Source: a virus
Lineage: Duplodnaviria; Caudoviricetes
Virus record (IMG/VR): IMGVR_UViG_3300027744_000003
Location: 1-37,016 of that record
Strand: one strand, 5' to 3'
Length of the DNA: 37,016 nucleotides
Below, piece by piece: positions 14,811 to 24,593 of the stretch; positions within the stretch are counted from its first letter, which is position 1; every line of letters starts with the position of its first letter. The translations under genes and the position numbers were made by a program. The notes below the pieces were generated by a model. That model ran no database searches, had not been told where the DNA came from, and worked only from the letters and a program-made list of their open reading frames with translations.

Positions 14811-15131
14811 ATGGACAACGAAGAACGCAAAAAACTAGCAGCAGAACGTAGCTCAGAAGTAAATAAGGGCAACACTCATTCTAGTAAAATCAATAGGTTA
14901 GCAGCAGATACACTTAGACGTGTATTAATACAAGAAGAAGCTATTAGATTACGTAATGTAACAGAAGCATTAGTAGCTAAAGCAGAGAGCGGTGATGTAT
15001 CAGCTATCAAAGAAGTCTTTGACAGAATGGATGGCAAATCAGTAGCAACTACAGAAATTACAGGATTAGATGGTTCTAACTTACCTATAAGCATTGCAAT
15101 AGACTTTGTAAAGCCTAAAGATGAAGGTTAA
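14811..15131 (+). CDS. terS: Terminase small subunit (putative)
   Basis: LVAKAESGDVSAIKEVFDRMDGK...EITGLDG; directly upstream of terL. Confidence 0.7.
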   Translation: MDNEERKKLAAERSSEVNKGNTHSSKINRLAADTLRRVLIQEEAIRLRNVTEALVAKAESGDVSAIKEVFDRMDGKSVATTEITGLDGSNLPISIAIDFVKPKDEG

Positions 15132-16371
15132 TGCAACATTTCCTGATAGATTAAACTTCTTATTTGAGCCACATAGATACAAAGTAGCTTATGGCGGTAG
15201 AGGTTCAGGGAAAAGCTGGTCTTTTGCTAGAGCATTGCTTATAAAAGCAGCTAATGAGCCAACACGTGTTTTATGTGCTAGAGAAATACAACGTAGTATT
15301 CGTCAGTCTGTGCATCAATTATTAACAGACCAAATACAAGCATTAGGTCTAGGAGCTTTCTATGAAGTTCTAGAAGCAGAGATACGTGGTCTTAACGGTA
15401 GTTTATTTGTATTTACAGGTTTAGCAAACAATACGGTTGAGTCAATAAAATCATACGAAGGTGTGGATTGCGTATGGATAGAGGAAGCCCAGACTGTTAG
15501 TAAGAAGTCATGGGATATATTGATTCCTACAATACGTAAACCTAATTCAGAGATATGGGTATCATTCAACCCTAATATAGATACAGACGATACATATATA
15601 AGATTCGTGGTAGAACCACCAGAGAACGCTAAGGTTGTTAAAGTAAACTATACTGACAATCCTTGGTTCCCTGAAGTCCTAGAGATAGAACGTCTACATA
15701 GCGAGAAGACTAACCCTGACTATGCAAACATCTGGGAAGGTGATTGTAAAGCTGCTGTAGATGGTGCTATATACTCTAACGAGATACGTGAAGCACAAGA
15801 AGCTGGTCGTATCACAACTGTACCTTATGACCCTATGATGAAAGTTCATGTAGTAATGGACTTAGGTTGGAATGACAGCATGTCAGTTATCCTATGCCAA
15901 AAAGGTATATCAGATTTAAGAGTCATTGGTTACATAGAAGATGACCACAGAACATTAGATAGCTATTCTGCACAACTAAAGAACTTATCCTATAACTGGG
16001 GTACAATGTTCTTACCACATGACGGACAGTCTAAAGACTTTAAGCATGGTATATCAGCAGAAGAGATTATGAAGAAGTTAGGATGGGATATACGTATCGT
16101 GCCTAAAGCAGACATAGAGTCTGGTATTAAGTTAGCACGTATGAACTTCCACCGTATATACTTTGATAAGTCAGCACAAAGACTTGTTGAATGTTTAAAG
16201 AATTATCGCAGAAGTATAAACTCTGCAACCAACGAACCTGGTGCGCCATTGCATGATGAATACAGCCATGGAGCAGACGCATTCAGATACTTATGTACCT
16301 CTATAGAGGCTATGAAGAACGAATCATGGTCTAAAGAGAAGATACAATATAATACTAAAGGGATTGTTTAA
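15121..16371 (+). CDS. terL: Terminase large subunit (PBSX-type)
   Basis: YGGRGSGKS Walker A, WIEEA Walker B, SFNP, DLGWND and HGADAFRY nuclease motifs. Confidence 0.96.
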   Translation: MKVNATFPDRLNFLFEPHRYKVAYGGRGSGKSWSFARALLIKAANEPTRVLCAREIQRSIRQSVHQLLTDQIQALGLGAFYEVLEAEIRGLNGSLFVFTGLANNTVESIKSYEGVDCVWIEEAQTVSKKSWDILIPTIRKPNSEIWVSFNPNIDTDDTYIRFVVEPPENAKVVKVNYTDNPWFPEVLEIERLHSEKTNPDYANIWEGDCKAAVDGAIYSNEIREAQEAGRITTVPYDPMMKVHVVMDLGWNDSMSVILCQKGISDLRVIGYIEDDHRTLDSYSAQLKNLSYNWGTMFLPHDGQSKDFKHGISAEEIMKKLGWDIRIVPKADIESGIKLARMNFHRIYFDKSAQRLVECLKNYRRSINSATNEPGAPLHDEYSHGADAFRYLCTSIEAMKNESWSKEKIQYNTKGIV

Positions 16372-18377
16372 TGGCAAAGTTACAAGACATGGAAATCATA
16401 GCTCAAGTAGAACTTGAAGAGAGTATGGCTTATGGTGTCAATGACTCTTCACTATCTAATGATAGAGCAGATGCAATTGATTATTACCTAGGTCAACCAT
16501 TTGGTAACGAAGAAGAAGGTCGTTCACAAGTAATTAGCTATGACGTACAAGATACGATTGAAGCTGCATTACCACAACTCTTAAAAGTCTTTGTAGCTGG
16601 TGATAAGGTTGTTCAGTTTGACCCTAAAGGTCCTGAAGACCAAGACGCAGCAGAGCAAGAAACAGATTACATTAACCATGTCGTTATGGAAAAGAACGAA
16701 GGGTTTAAGACATTCTATGTATGGTTTAAAGACGCACTACTCTCTAAGAATGGCTATGTAAAAGTTTATTCTGAAGATGAAGAAGAAGTAGAGGAATACG
16801 ATTACAAAGGTTTAACTGACGCACAACTACAGATGTTGGCTTCAGATGAGAATACAGAAGTGTTAGAGCATACTGGCTATCCTGACCCAACTGTCAACAT
16901 GGATGTTATTTATCAGCAAGCTATGATGAATGGTGTAGACCCTGCTACTATTATGCAACCTATGTTACATGATGTTAAGCTCAAGGTTACAGAAAAGAAG
17001 ACAGAGATTAAGATTGAGAACGTAGCACCTGAAAGCATTATGGTGTCTGTAGAAGTTACTGGTCCTAATCTAAAAGATGCACGCTTTGTTCAACATAGAG
17101 AAGTGATGCAGTTAGCTGACATTGCAAAGGCATTTAATAAGCCACTAGAATACATCAAGTCTATTATGTCAGACCTTCGTGATACGTTTGAAGAAGAGTC
17201 TAATGCACGTGATATCTATGATGAAGAATACGATAGAGCTATTGAGTCAGGTGAAGCATTAGTTAAAGACACTTATATTAAAATAGATGGTGAACGTCAT
17301 AGAGTAGTTATCTTAGGCAACACAGTTCTTTATAAAGAAAAGACTGAGGTTGTTCCTTTTGCATGTATCACTCCAATGATAATGCCACATAGACATATTG
17401 GTCGTTCTTATGCTGACTTGACTATGGACATTCAGTTAATTAAGTCTACCCTTATTCGTGGTCAGTTAGATAATATGTATCTAGCTAACAATGGTCGTTA
17501 TGCTATCTCAGATAGAGTAAACCTAGACGATATGCTTACATCACGTCCAGGTGGTATTGTTCGTGTAGAAGGTGACCCAGGCTCAGGCATTATGCCTTTA
17601 TCACATCCACCACTACCAGCATCATCATTCGGTATGGTTGAATACATGGACTCTATGAAAGAAAAGAGAACAGGTGTTACAGCTTACAATCAAGGCTTAG
17701 ATGCTAACAGTCTAAACAAGACAGCTACCGGTGTAGCACAGATTATGAATGCGTCTCAACAACGTATTGAGTTAGTAGCTAGAACATTTGCAGAAACAGG
17801 TGTTAAAGAACTATTTAAACTTGTTCACAGACTTGTGAGAACTACGCTTACTAAACCTGACATTGTTCGTATGCGTAACAAGTGGGTAGAAGTAGACCCT
17901 AGAGAATGGGAAGACCGTAATGATTTATCTATCTCTGTAGGATTAGGTGCAGGTAATAAAGACCAACAGTTAGCACATCTCATGTCTATCTTGAATATGC
18001 AAAAAGAAGCTATCCAAATAGGTCTTACATCACCAGAAAAGATATACAACGCACTAGCTAAACTTACACAGAACGCAGGCTTTAAGAACCCTGAAGAGTT
18101 CTGGACTAACCCATCTACTACACCTGAACAAGAAGGTCAGCAAGACAAACCATCTGAAGCAGAGATTATGGTGCAAGGTCAGTTACAGATTGAGCGTGAG
18201 AAAGCACAAGCACAGTTACAACAAGAGCAAGTACGTTCACAGAATGATGTTATAATTGAACGTGAAAAGATAGCAGCACAAGCTGAGTTAGAAAGATTCA
18301 AGGCTCAACTTAAAGCAGAGACAGATTTAGCTATCGCACAAATCAAAGCTCAACAAGGAATGATATATGGCGGATAA
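16371..18377 (+). CDS. Portal protein (long, P22-like, with C-terminal coiled coil)
   Basis: Follows terL; 668 aa; WFKDALL..NG.VK, TGV....QG and TATG motifs; Gln/Glu-rich helical tail. Confidence 0.9.
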   Translation: MAKLQDMEIIAQVELEESMAYGVNDSSLSNDRADAIDYYLGQPFGNEEEGRSQVISYDVQDTIEAALPQLLKVFVAGDKVVQFDPKGPEDQDAAEQETDYINHVVMEKNEGFKTFYVWFKDALLSKNGYVKVYSEDEEEVEEYDYKGLTDAQLQMLASDENTEVLEHTGYPDPTVNMDVIYQQAMMNGVDPATIMQPMLHDVKLKVTEKKTEIKIENVAPESIMVSVEVTGPNLKDARFVQHREVMQLADIAKAFNKPLEYIKSIMSDLRDTFEEESNARDIYDEEYDRAIESGEALVKDTYIKIDGERHRVVILGNTVLYKEKTEVVPFACITPMIMPHRHIGRSYADLTMDIQLIKSTLIRGQLDNMYLANNGRYAISDRVNLDDMLTSRPGGIVRVEGDPGSGIMPLSHPPLPASSFGMVEYMDSMKEKRTGVTAYNQGLDANSLNKTATGVAQIMNASQQRIELVARTFAETGVKELFKLVHRLVRTTLTKPDIVRMRNKWVEVDPREWEDRNDLSISVGLGAGNKDQQLAHLMSILNMQKEAIQIGLTSPEKIYNALAKLTQNAGFKNPEEFWTNPSTTPEQEGQQDKPSEAEIMVQGQLQIEREKAQAQLQQEQVRSQNDVIIEREKIAAQAELERFKAQLKAETDLAIAQIKAQQGMIYGG

Positions 18378-18639
18378 GTCACTAGAAGAAGTTAAACGTG
18401 GTGAACAAGCAACACAGATATTAGATAACCCTCTATACAAAGAAGCTATGGATAAGGTACGTGAAAGTCTTATTTCTAGTATGGCTAACAGTCCACTAGG
18501 TGATGAGAAGACCCACAACAAATTAGTTATCGCACTACAATTACTAAACCAAATTAACAAGCAACTTACTGACGTGATGACCACAGGTAAGTTAGCAGCT
18601 ATCCAAACGGATAAGCCAAGATTTAAAGTATTTGGGTAA
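18367..18639 (+). CDS. Small conserved head-module protein
   Basis: Helical 90-aa ORF between portal and scaffold. Confidence 0.75.
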   Translation: MADKSLEEVKRGEQATQILDNPLYKEAMDKVRESLISSMANSPLGDEKTHNKLVIALQLLNQINKQLTDVMTTGKLAAIQTDKPRFKVFG

Positions 18640-18653
18640 GGACAAACCCACTT

Positions 18654-18680
18654 AAAGCCTATTTCGGTAGGCTTTTTTAT
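18654..18680 (+). terminator. Intrinsic terminator/hairpin before the scaffold gene
   Basis: aaagccta-tttcgg-taggcttt-tttat, with a UUCG loop. Confidence 0.8.
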
Positions 18681-18705
18681 TGTCTAATTTCAAGGAAACA
18701 AAACT

Positions 18706-19689
18706 ATGAGTGACCAAGTCGCAGAACAGTCACCACAAAGCCGATTAGAGGCTATGCTAGGTGATAGTGTTGAGTCAGATGTTAAACCACCTGAACTTCA
18801 AGACGAAGAAGAACAAGCACCACTAGAAGCTGATGCTGAGGATACTGAAGAAGTAGAATCAGAAGAAGCAACAGAAGACCCAGATGACCAAGCTGAGGAA
18901 GAAGAACAGTCGGAAGATGAAGTTCCTGCTCTCCTTAAACTTAAAGTCAATGGTGAAGATGTTGAGAAGCCACTAGACGAAGTCGTAGCATTAGCACAAC
19001 AAGGCTTAGACTACACGCAAAAGACACAACAAGTCGCAGAACAACGTAAAGAGCTAGAAGTATATGCTGAGAGTATAAAAGCTCAAGAGCAAGCCTTTCA
19101 CGAACAGATGCAACTTAACAATGTGTTAATTGAAGAGGTAGCAAAAATCACATCATTAGACCAACAACTGAACCAATATGCTAACGTGAATTGGAATCAA
19201 TTGTCTGATAATGACTTTGTGGAAGCGCAAAAACTTTTCTTTACATACAACCAACTACAGCAAGAACGTAGCCAACTCGTTTCACAGTTTGAAGCCAAAA
19301 AGCAACAAGTCGTTCAAAAGCAAACGCAATTGATGGCTGAGAAGATAGCAAAGGGAAAAGAAATCCTAGCAAAAGAGATACCAAATTGGAGTCCTGAGAC
19401 TAACCAAGCATTGTTATCTACTGGCAAGGACTATGGATTTTCTGATGCCGAACTCAACTCAATTGTTGACCCTCGTCACGTAAAGGTTCTGCATGACGCT
19501 ATGCAATGGCGCAAACTACAACAAAATTCAGTTGTGAAGAAAAAAGTATCAAACGCTAAGCCAGTAGTGAAACCTGGGTCTAAAGATACTAAAGCGGAAG
19601 CTAACTCTAACCACCGTCAATTACGTGAGCAATTACGTAAGACAGGTAAGTCAGACGCAGCTACAAAACTTATAGAAAATATGCTTTAA
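18706..19689 (+). CDS. Capsid scaffolding protein
   Basis: Very acidic N-terminus, KVNGE...DYTQKTQQVAEQRK and coiled coil; directly upstream of the capsid gene. Confidence 0.85.
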   Translation: MSDQVAEQSPQSRLEAMLGDSVESDVKPPELQDEEEQAPLEADAEDTEEVESEEATEDPDDQAEEEEQSEDEVPALLKLKVNGEDVEKPLDEVVALAQQGLDYTQKTQQVAEQRKELEVYAESIKAQEQAFHEQMQLNNVLIEEVAKITSLDQQLNQYANVNWNQLSDNDFVEAQKLFFTYNQLQQERSQLVSQFEAKKQQVVQKQTQLMAEKIAKGKEILAKEIPNWSPETNQALLSTGKDYGFSDAELNSIVDPRHVKVLHDAMQWRKLQQNSVVKKKVSNAKPVVKPGSKDTKAEANSNHRQLREQLRKTGKSDAATKLIENML

Positions 19690-19709
19690 TTTAAAAGGAA
19701 ACCATAATC

Positions 19710-20663
19710 ATGGCAGTATCAGCAACCAATAGTTATACCGGTAAAGGTATAGCAGAATCTTTTGAAGATGTGATTTTTGACATCTCACCAGAAGACACAC
19801 CATTGTTATCAATGGCAAAGAGGTCTTCAGCAGGGCAAACTTTTCATCAATGGCAAACAGATGCTTTAGCAGCAGCAGCTACTAATGCACAAGTTGAAGG
19901 TGATGACGCTTCATACGCAACATTAGCAGCAACAACAGTATTAGGTAACTATACTCAAATCTCACGCAAAACAGTTCAAATTTCAAACACCTATGACGTA
20001 GTACGTAAGTATGGTCGTAAGTCTGAAGTTGCTTACCAACTTATGAAAGCCGGTAAGGAAATGAAGAGGGATATGGAGTTTGCTATCGTACGTAACCAGG
20101 CTTCTTCAGCAGGTGGCGCAGCAACAGCTCGTTCATCAGCAGGTATGGAATCTTGGATTACTAACCGAGTACTAGCTACAGGTTCTACATCAGGTACAAC
20201 ACCTGGCTTTTCAGGTGGTACAGTTGCAGCTCCTACAGACGGCACAGCAGTTACGTTTATCGAAGCAGACTTAAAGTCAGCTTTACAATTAGCTTGGACA
20301 GACGGTGGCGAGCCATCAACAATCCTTATGTCAGCAACTAACAAATCACGTTTCTCTGGTTTTAGTGGTATTGCTACTAAGTTTGTAGACGTACAATCTA
20401 AAACACAAGCAACTATTACTGGTGCAGCAGACGTTTATGTTTCTGACTTCGGTAACCACACTGTGAAACTTGACCGTTTCATGCGTGATGCAGCAGTTCT
20501 TTGTATTGACCCAGGCTATGTTGGTTTAGCTTCACTCAGACCTTTAAGCAAAGAAGAACTTGCTAAAACTGGTGACTCAACTAAATATCTATTAACAGCA
20601 GAATATGCTTTAGTAGTTAATAATCCTGACGCACATGCAAAAGTGCAAAACACAGGTGCTTAG
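19710..20663 (+). CDS. Major capsid protein (DUF5309/SU10-like)
   Basis: ISPEDTPLLS, HQWQTDAL, NYTQISRK, KEMKRDMEFA and YVSDFG motifs. Confidence 0.92.
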   Translation: MAVSATNSYTGKGIAESFEDVIFDISPEDTPLLSMAKRSSAGQTFHQWQTDALAAAATNAQVEGDDASYATLAATTVLGNYTQISRKTVQISNTYDVVRKYGRKSEVAYQLMKAGKEMKRDMEFAIVRNQASSAGGAATARSSAGMESWITNRVLATGSTSGTTPGFSGGTVAAPTDGTAVTFIEADLKSALQLAWTDGGEPSTILMSATNKSRFSGFSGIATKFVDVQSKTQATITGAADVYVSDFGNHTVKLDRFMRDAAVLCIDPGYVGLASLRPLSKEELAKTGDSTKYLLTAEYALVVNNPDAHAKVQNTGA

Positions 20664-20680
20664 TAACTAGATGTGATATG

Positions 20681-20713
20681 ATAGGGGGAGTTAATTCTCC
20701 CTCTATTATTTTT
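20681..20713 (+). terminator. Terminator after the capsid gene
   Basis: atagggggag-ttaatt-ctccctctat-tattttt. Confidence 0.75.
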
Positions 20714-20716
20714 ACT

Positions 20717-21040
20717 ATGCCAATATTATTTGACCACAATAGCGTAACAGGTGTAAGTCAGTACTTTGACTACGACCCAGCTAAAGATACATACTACCTA
20801 ACTAGCACACAAGATATTAGTGGCATGTTAGACGATATTAAAAAGTCCAGAGATAACCCTGAAGTTTGGAACAAAGGTGTTAAGCAAGAATGGGCGCACT
20901 TTGCTAGTATTCCACCTGTAGTGGAAATGCAGTTAAAGCAAAAGGGTATAGACATGTATAACCCTAACCAAACAAAAGAACTTATAAAAGAAATAAACGA
21001 AAACTATCCATATCTTAAGTTGACTACAAAGCGTGGCTAG
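20717..21040 (+). CDS. Conserved hypothetical protein of the head module
   Basis: ATG at 20717 lies after the hairpin; HFASIPPVV...GID motif. Confidence 0.75.
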   Translation: MPILFDHNSVTGVSQYFDYDPAKDTYYLTSTQDISGMLDDIKKSRDNPEVWNKGVKQEWAHFASIPPVVEMQLKQKGIDMYNPNQTKELIKEINENYPYLKLTTKRG

Positions 21041-21269
21041 TATGACTTGGAATTATAGAATAGTTAAACGAGCTTCTAAAGATGAGCCTGAATGTTATTA
21101 CGCATTGAACGAAGTCTTTTATGAAAGCAAGACTAATCAACCTATGGCATTTAGTGATGCAGACACAATTATAGGTAACAGTCCTAAAGAAATTATAGAA
21201 GTATTAGAAATGATGTTAGCAGATGCTAAAAAAAACCAACCTGTATTAACAGAAGAAGACTTTGGATAA
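21033..21269 (+). CDS. Hypothetical phage protein
   Basis: MTWNYRIVKR...YALNEVFY...LEMMLADA...PVL pattern. Confidence 0.75.
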   Translation: MASMTWNYRIVKRASKDEPECYYALNEVFYESKTNQPMAFSDADTIIGNSPKEIIEVLEMMLADAKKNQPVLTEEDFG

Positions 21270-22584
21270 AGAAGAATTAAAGAAAGTTCAGTTAGCAATA
21301 CATGACCTCATACAGAAAGAAGAGTATGACGTAGCATTACCTATTATTAACGAAGTCTTAATGGTATATCCTAATGATGCAGCTACACTAAACTTCTTAG
21401 GATACATCTGGTTAATGGGTGAAAAGCCTGCATTTGCATATCAGTTCTTTCGTAGAGCATTACAAGAACAACCAGGCAATAAAGCATTATGGACATCTCT
21501 AGGTCGTGCATGTCACGAAATGGATATGTTTGAAGATGCTATTAAATACTTCTTAAAGTCAGCAGAACTAGACCATAGCTATGCACTAGCTTATGCTAAC
21601 GCTTCAGCTTCACTTGTTCAAATGTCAAGATGGGATGATGCAGAGAAGTCTGCAAAGATGGCTTTAGAATGTGACCCTAATGAATTAAACGCACAATTAA
21701 ACCTAGCTCATAGTTACTTAGCTAAAGGTGAATGGGAAAAAGGTTGGGCAGAATGGAACAAGTCACTAGGTGGTAAGTTCCGTAAAGAATTATCTTATGG
21801 TGACGAAGTAAGATGGGATGGCTCATTTGGTAAAGACCTAGTTATATATGGCGAACAAGGTTTAGGTGATGAGATATTCTACGCTTCATGTATACCAGAC
21901 GCTATAGACATTAGTAAGCAAGTCTACATAGACTGTGATGAAAGATTAGAAACATTATTTAAACGTAGTTTCCCTAAAGCAATTGTTCATGGGACACGTA
22001 AAGCAACCGAAGTGGAGTGGACAAATGACATTACAATTGATGCAAGATGTGCTATTGGTGGCTTACCCCAGTTTTTCAGACCAACGAGCAAATCTTTTCC
22101 TGGGACTCCTTTTTTAGTACCTGATAAAGATAAAGTTGAGATGTGGAAAGCCATGTTTAAATCATGGGGTAAAACAGTCATAGGCATTACGACTAAAGGT
22201 GGTACGTTTAGAACTAACTCTAAAGGTCGTGTTCTTACAGAAGATGACTTACAACCACTACTAAGACGTAAAGACATACAGTTAGTTAGCTTAGACTATA
22301 GTGTAGAGAATAAAATTGAAGGTGTTAAGTACTTAGAATTAGCATCTGACGCAAAAGATTATGATGACACAGCAGCTCTCATAGGAGCTTGCGATATGGT
22401 TTTAGGGGTCAATACTACAGCTTTACATTGTAGTGCTGCCATGGGCGTTAAAACATGGTGCTTAGTACCTAAATATCACCAATGGAGATATGCTCAAGTA
22501 AGTATGCCATGGTATAGACACATGAGACTTATTTACCAAGACGATAGAACATGGAAAGAAGTCATTGAACAGCTTAATCTCTAA
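21262..22584 (+). CDS. TPR-repeat protein fused to a GT-B (GT9-like) glycosyltransferase domain
   Basis: About 4-5 TPRs in the N-terminal ~165 aa, then WDG...GEQGLGDEI, DTAALIGACDMV....T..LH..AAMG..TW.L and WRY......PWY. Confidence 0.85.
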   Translation: MDKEELKKVQLAIHDLIQKEEYDVALPIINEVLMVYPNDAATLNFLGYIWLMGEKPAFAYQFFRRALQEQPGNKALWTSLGRACHEMDMFEDAIKYFLKSAELDHSYALAYANASASLVQMSRWDDAEKSAKMALECDPNELNAQLNLAHSYLAKGEWEKGWAEWNKSLGGKFRKELSYGDEVRWDGSFGKDLVIYGEQGLGDEIFYASCIPDAIDISKQVYIDCDERLETLFKRSFPKAIVHGTRKATEVEWTNDITIDARCAIGGLPQFFRPTSKSFPGTPFLVPDKDKVEMWKAMFKSWGKTVIGITTKGGTFRTNSKGRVLTEDDLQPLLRRKDIQLVSLDYSVENKIEGVKYLELASDAKDYDDTAALIGACDMVLGVNTTALHCSAAMGVKTWCLVPKYHQWRYAQVSMPWYRHMRLIYQDDRTWKEVIEQLNL

Positions 22585-23077
22585 CGAATATAGAGACATG
22601 CAGGCAAAACTGCATGAGAACCCTGACTATGGGGTAGCCAGTACATTCTTTGCACCTATTGTTGATGATGTTATACAAATGTTTAACATTACAAGTTTAT
22701 TAGACTACGGTGCAGGTAAATGTAGACTAAAAGATAGCATTAAGTCAGAAGTAACTTACACTCCCTATGAACCTAGTAATCCATTGTGGAGTCAAACACC
22801 AGAACCAAACGAATTTGTAACATGTATAGACGTTCTTGAACATATAGAACCTGAATTACTAAATAACGTACTAGATGATTTAAAAAGAGTAGTAGATAAA
22901 TACGGACTATTTACAATACATACTGGTCCAGCAATGAAAATATTACCAGACGGTAGAAACGCACATCTTATACAACAACCTTTAGAGTGGTGGAATAAAC
23001 ATCTCAGCACTCGCTTTACTATAGTTAAACAAGTAAAGATAGATAATGGTTGTATCGTATTAGTTAAAAAACAATAA
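22565..23077 (+). CDS. Class I SAM-dependent methyltransferase
   Basis: LLDYGAGK motif I and VTCIDVLEHIEP. Confidence 0.85.
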   Translation: MNSLISNEYRDMQAKLHENPDYGVASTFFAPIVDDVIQMFNITSLLDYGAGKCRLKDSIKSEVTYTPYEPSNPLWSQTPEPNEFVTCIDVLEHIEPELLNNVLDDLKRVVDKYGLFTIHTGPAMKILPDGRNAHLIQQPLEWWNKHLSTRFTIVKQVKIDNGCIVLVKKQ

Positions 23078-23086
23078 GGATTACGA

Positions 23087-23695
23087 ATGGCATTTACAAA
23101 CTATACTACCTTTGTATCAACGGTAGAAAGCTATCTAGCACGTACAGACTTAACAACTGTTATCCCTGATTTTGTTCAGATGGCACAGTTAAGAATGAGT
23201 CGTGACTTACGAACAGAAGCTATGTTAAAAGTTGCAACGACTGTAGCTACAGATAATAAAGTAGCGTTCCCTAGTGATTTCTTAGAGTTAAGAGAGATGC
23301 ACTTTGAAGGTAACCCACCTATTATCTTAGAGTATCAATCACCTGACTTGTTCTTCCGTAATGGTCAAACATCATTATCAGGTCGTTCACACTTCTTTAC
23401 AATGTTAGGCACAGAGTTCCAGTTTGCACCTAGCCAAGATGCAACTTATACCATTCAAATTTTATACTATGGTCAACCTACATTTATCTCTACTACAACA
23501 GCTAGTAACTTGTTCTTAGCATACTACCCAGATGCTTTACTTTACGCAACTCTAGCAGAAGCAGAACCTTATTTAATGAATGACCCTAGAGTAGCAACAT
23601 GGTCAGCATTATATGATAGAGCAATTGCTAATATCAAAACAAGTGACTTAGGTCAAACATACGCATACACCACATTAAACGTAACACCAAGATAA
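23087..23695 (+). CDS. Head-tail adaptor/tail tubular protein A-like
   Basis: YLARTDLT..IPDFV..A...PSDFLE...YPDALLYATL.EA.PYL pattern; position. Confidence 0.75.
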   Translation: MAFTNYTTFVSTVESYLARTDLTTVIPDFVQMAQLRMSRDLRTEAMLKVATTVATDNKVAFPSDFLELREMHFEGNPPIILEYQSPDLFFRNGQTSLSGRSHFFTMLGTEFQFAPSQDATYTIQILYYGQPTFISTTTASNLFLAYYPDALLYATLAEAEPYLMNDPRVATWSALYDRAIANIKTSDLGQTYAYTTLNVTPR

Positions 23696-23705
23696 AGGAA
23701 AAATC

Positions 23706-24092
23706 ATGGCAGAAATGAGTAATTTTTTAGAGAACGCACTTATTAATGCAACTCTACGCAACACAACATACACATCAGTTGCAACAATATATGTAGCTTT
23801 ATACACTACTGACCCTACAGACGCAGATACAGGCACAGAAGTTACAGGTGGTAGTTACGCTAGAACATCCGTCACATTTGCTGCACCTTCTAACGGAGTT
23901 TCGTTAAGCTCTGCTGATGTAACCTTTCCTACTTGCACAGCAGGATGGGGTACAGTAACGCATATTGGTTTAAGAGATGCTTCTACAGCAGGTAATTTAC
24001 TTTACCATACACCTTTAGATACATCTAAAACAATTGATACTGGTGATATCTTTAAGATTTCAACAGGCAACCTTTCAGTTACATTAGCTTAA
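23706..24092 (+). CDS. Virion structural/tail protein
   Basis: YVALYTTDP.D...GTEV.GGSYAR; Thr-rich beta protein. Confidence 0.75.
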   Translation: MAEMSNFLENALINATLRNTTYTSVATIYVALYTTDPTDADTGTEVTGGSYARTSVTFAAPSNGVSLSSADVTFPTCTAGWGTVTHIGLRDASTAGNLLYHTPLDTSKTIDTGDIFKISTGNLSVTLA

Positions 24093-24101
24093 GGATAAGT
24101 C

Positions 24102-24593
24102 ATGGCGTTAGTCGTCAAAGATAGAGTCCAAGAAACGTCTACGACCACAGGCACAGGCACGTTCACGCTTGCTGGTGCAGTTGCTGGTTTCCAGTCATTT
24201 TCTGTTATAGGTAATGCTAATACTACTTACTACGCTATCGTAGGTGGTTCAGACTTTGAAGTAGGTCTAGGTACATACACATCTTCAGGCACTACTTTAT
24301 CTCGTACTACTGTATTAGAGTCTAGCAATAGTGGTTCTCTAGTAAACTTTAGTGCAGGCACAAAGAATGTATTTGTAACTTATCCTGCTGAAAAAGCTGT
24401 TTACCAAGACGCTAATGGTGATGCTTATGCACCACAGTTTGCTGCATCTAACGGACTTAGTGTTAATAATGGAACTATAGCAACATCTTACACATTTCCT
24501 ACAGGATATAACTCTGTAGAAGCAGGTGACGTTACAATAGGCTCAGGTGCTATTGTTACAGTTCCTGCTACTTCTCGCTGGGTGATAGTATGA
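24102..24593 (+). CDS. Virion structural/tail-fibre-associated protein
   Basis: LVVKDRVQETSTTTGTGT...EVGLGTY...FSAGTKNVFVTYPA. Confidence 0.75.
   Translation: MALVVKDRVQETSTTTGTGTFTLAGAVAGFQSFSVIGNANTTYYAIVGGSDFEVGLGTYTSSGTTLSRTTVLESSNSGSLVNFSAGTKNVFVTYPAEKAVYQDANGDAYAPQFAASNGLSVNNGTIATSYTFPTGYNSVEAGDVTIGSGAIVTVPATSRWVIV

Noticed and set aside
22565-23077. DNA methyltransferase explaining the GATC pattern
   Set aside because: No DPPY/NPPY or PC catalytic motif; it resembles small-molecule/glycan methyltransferases.
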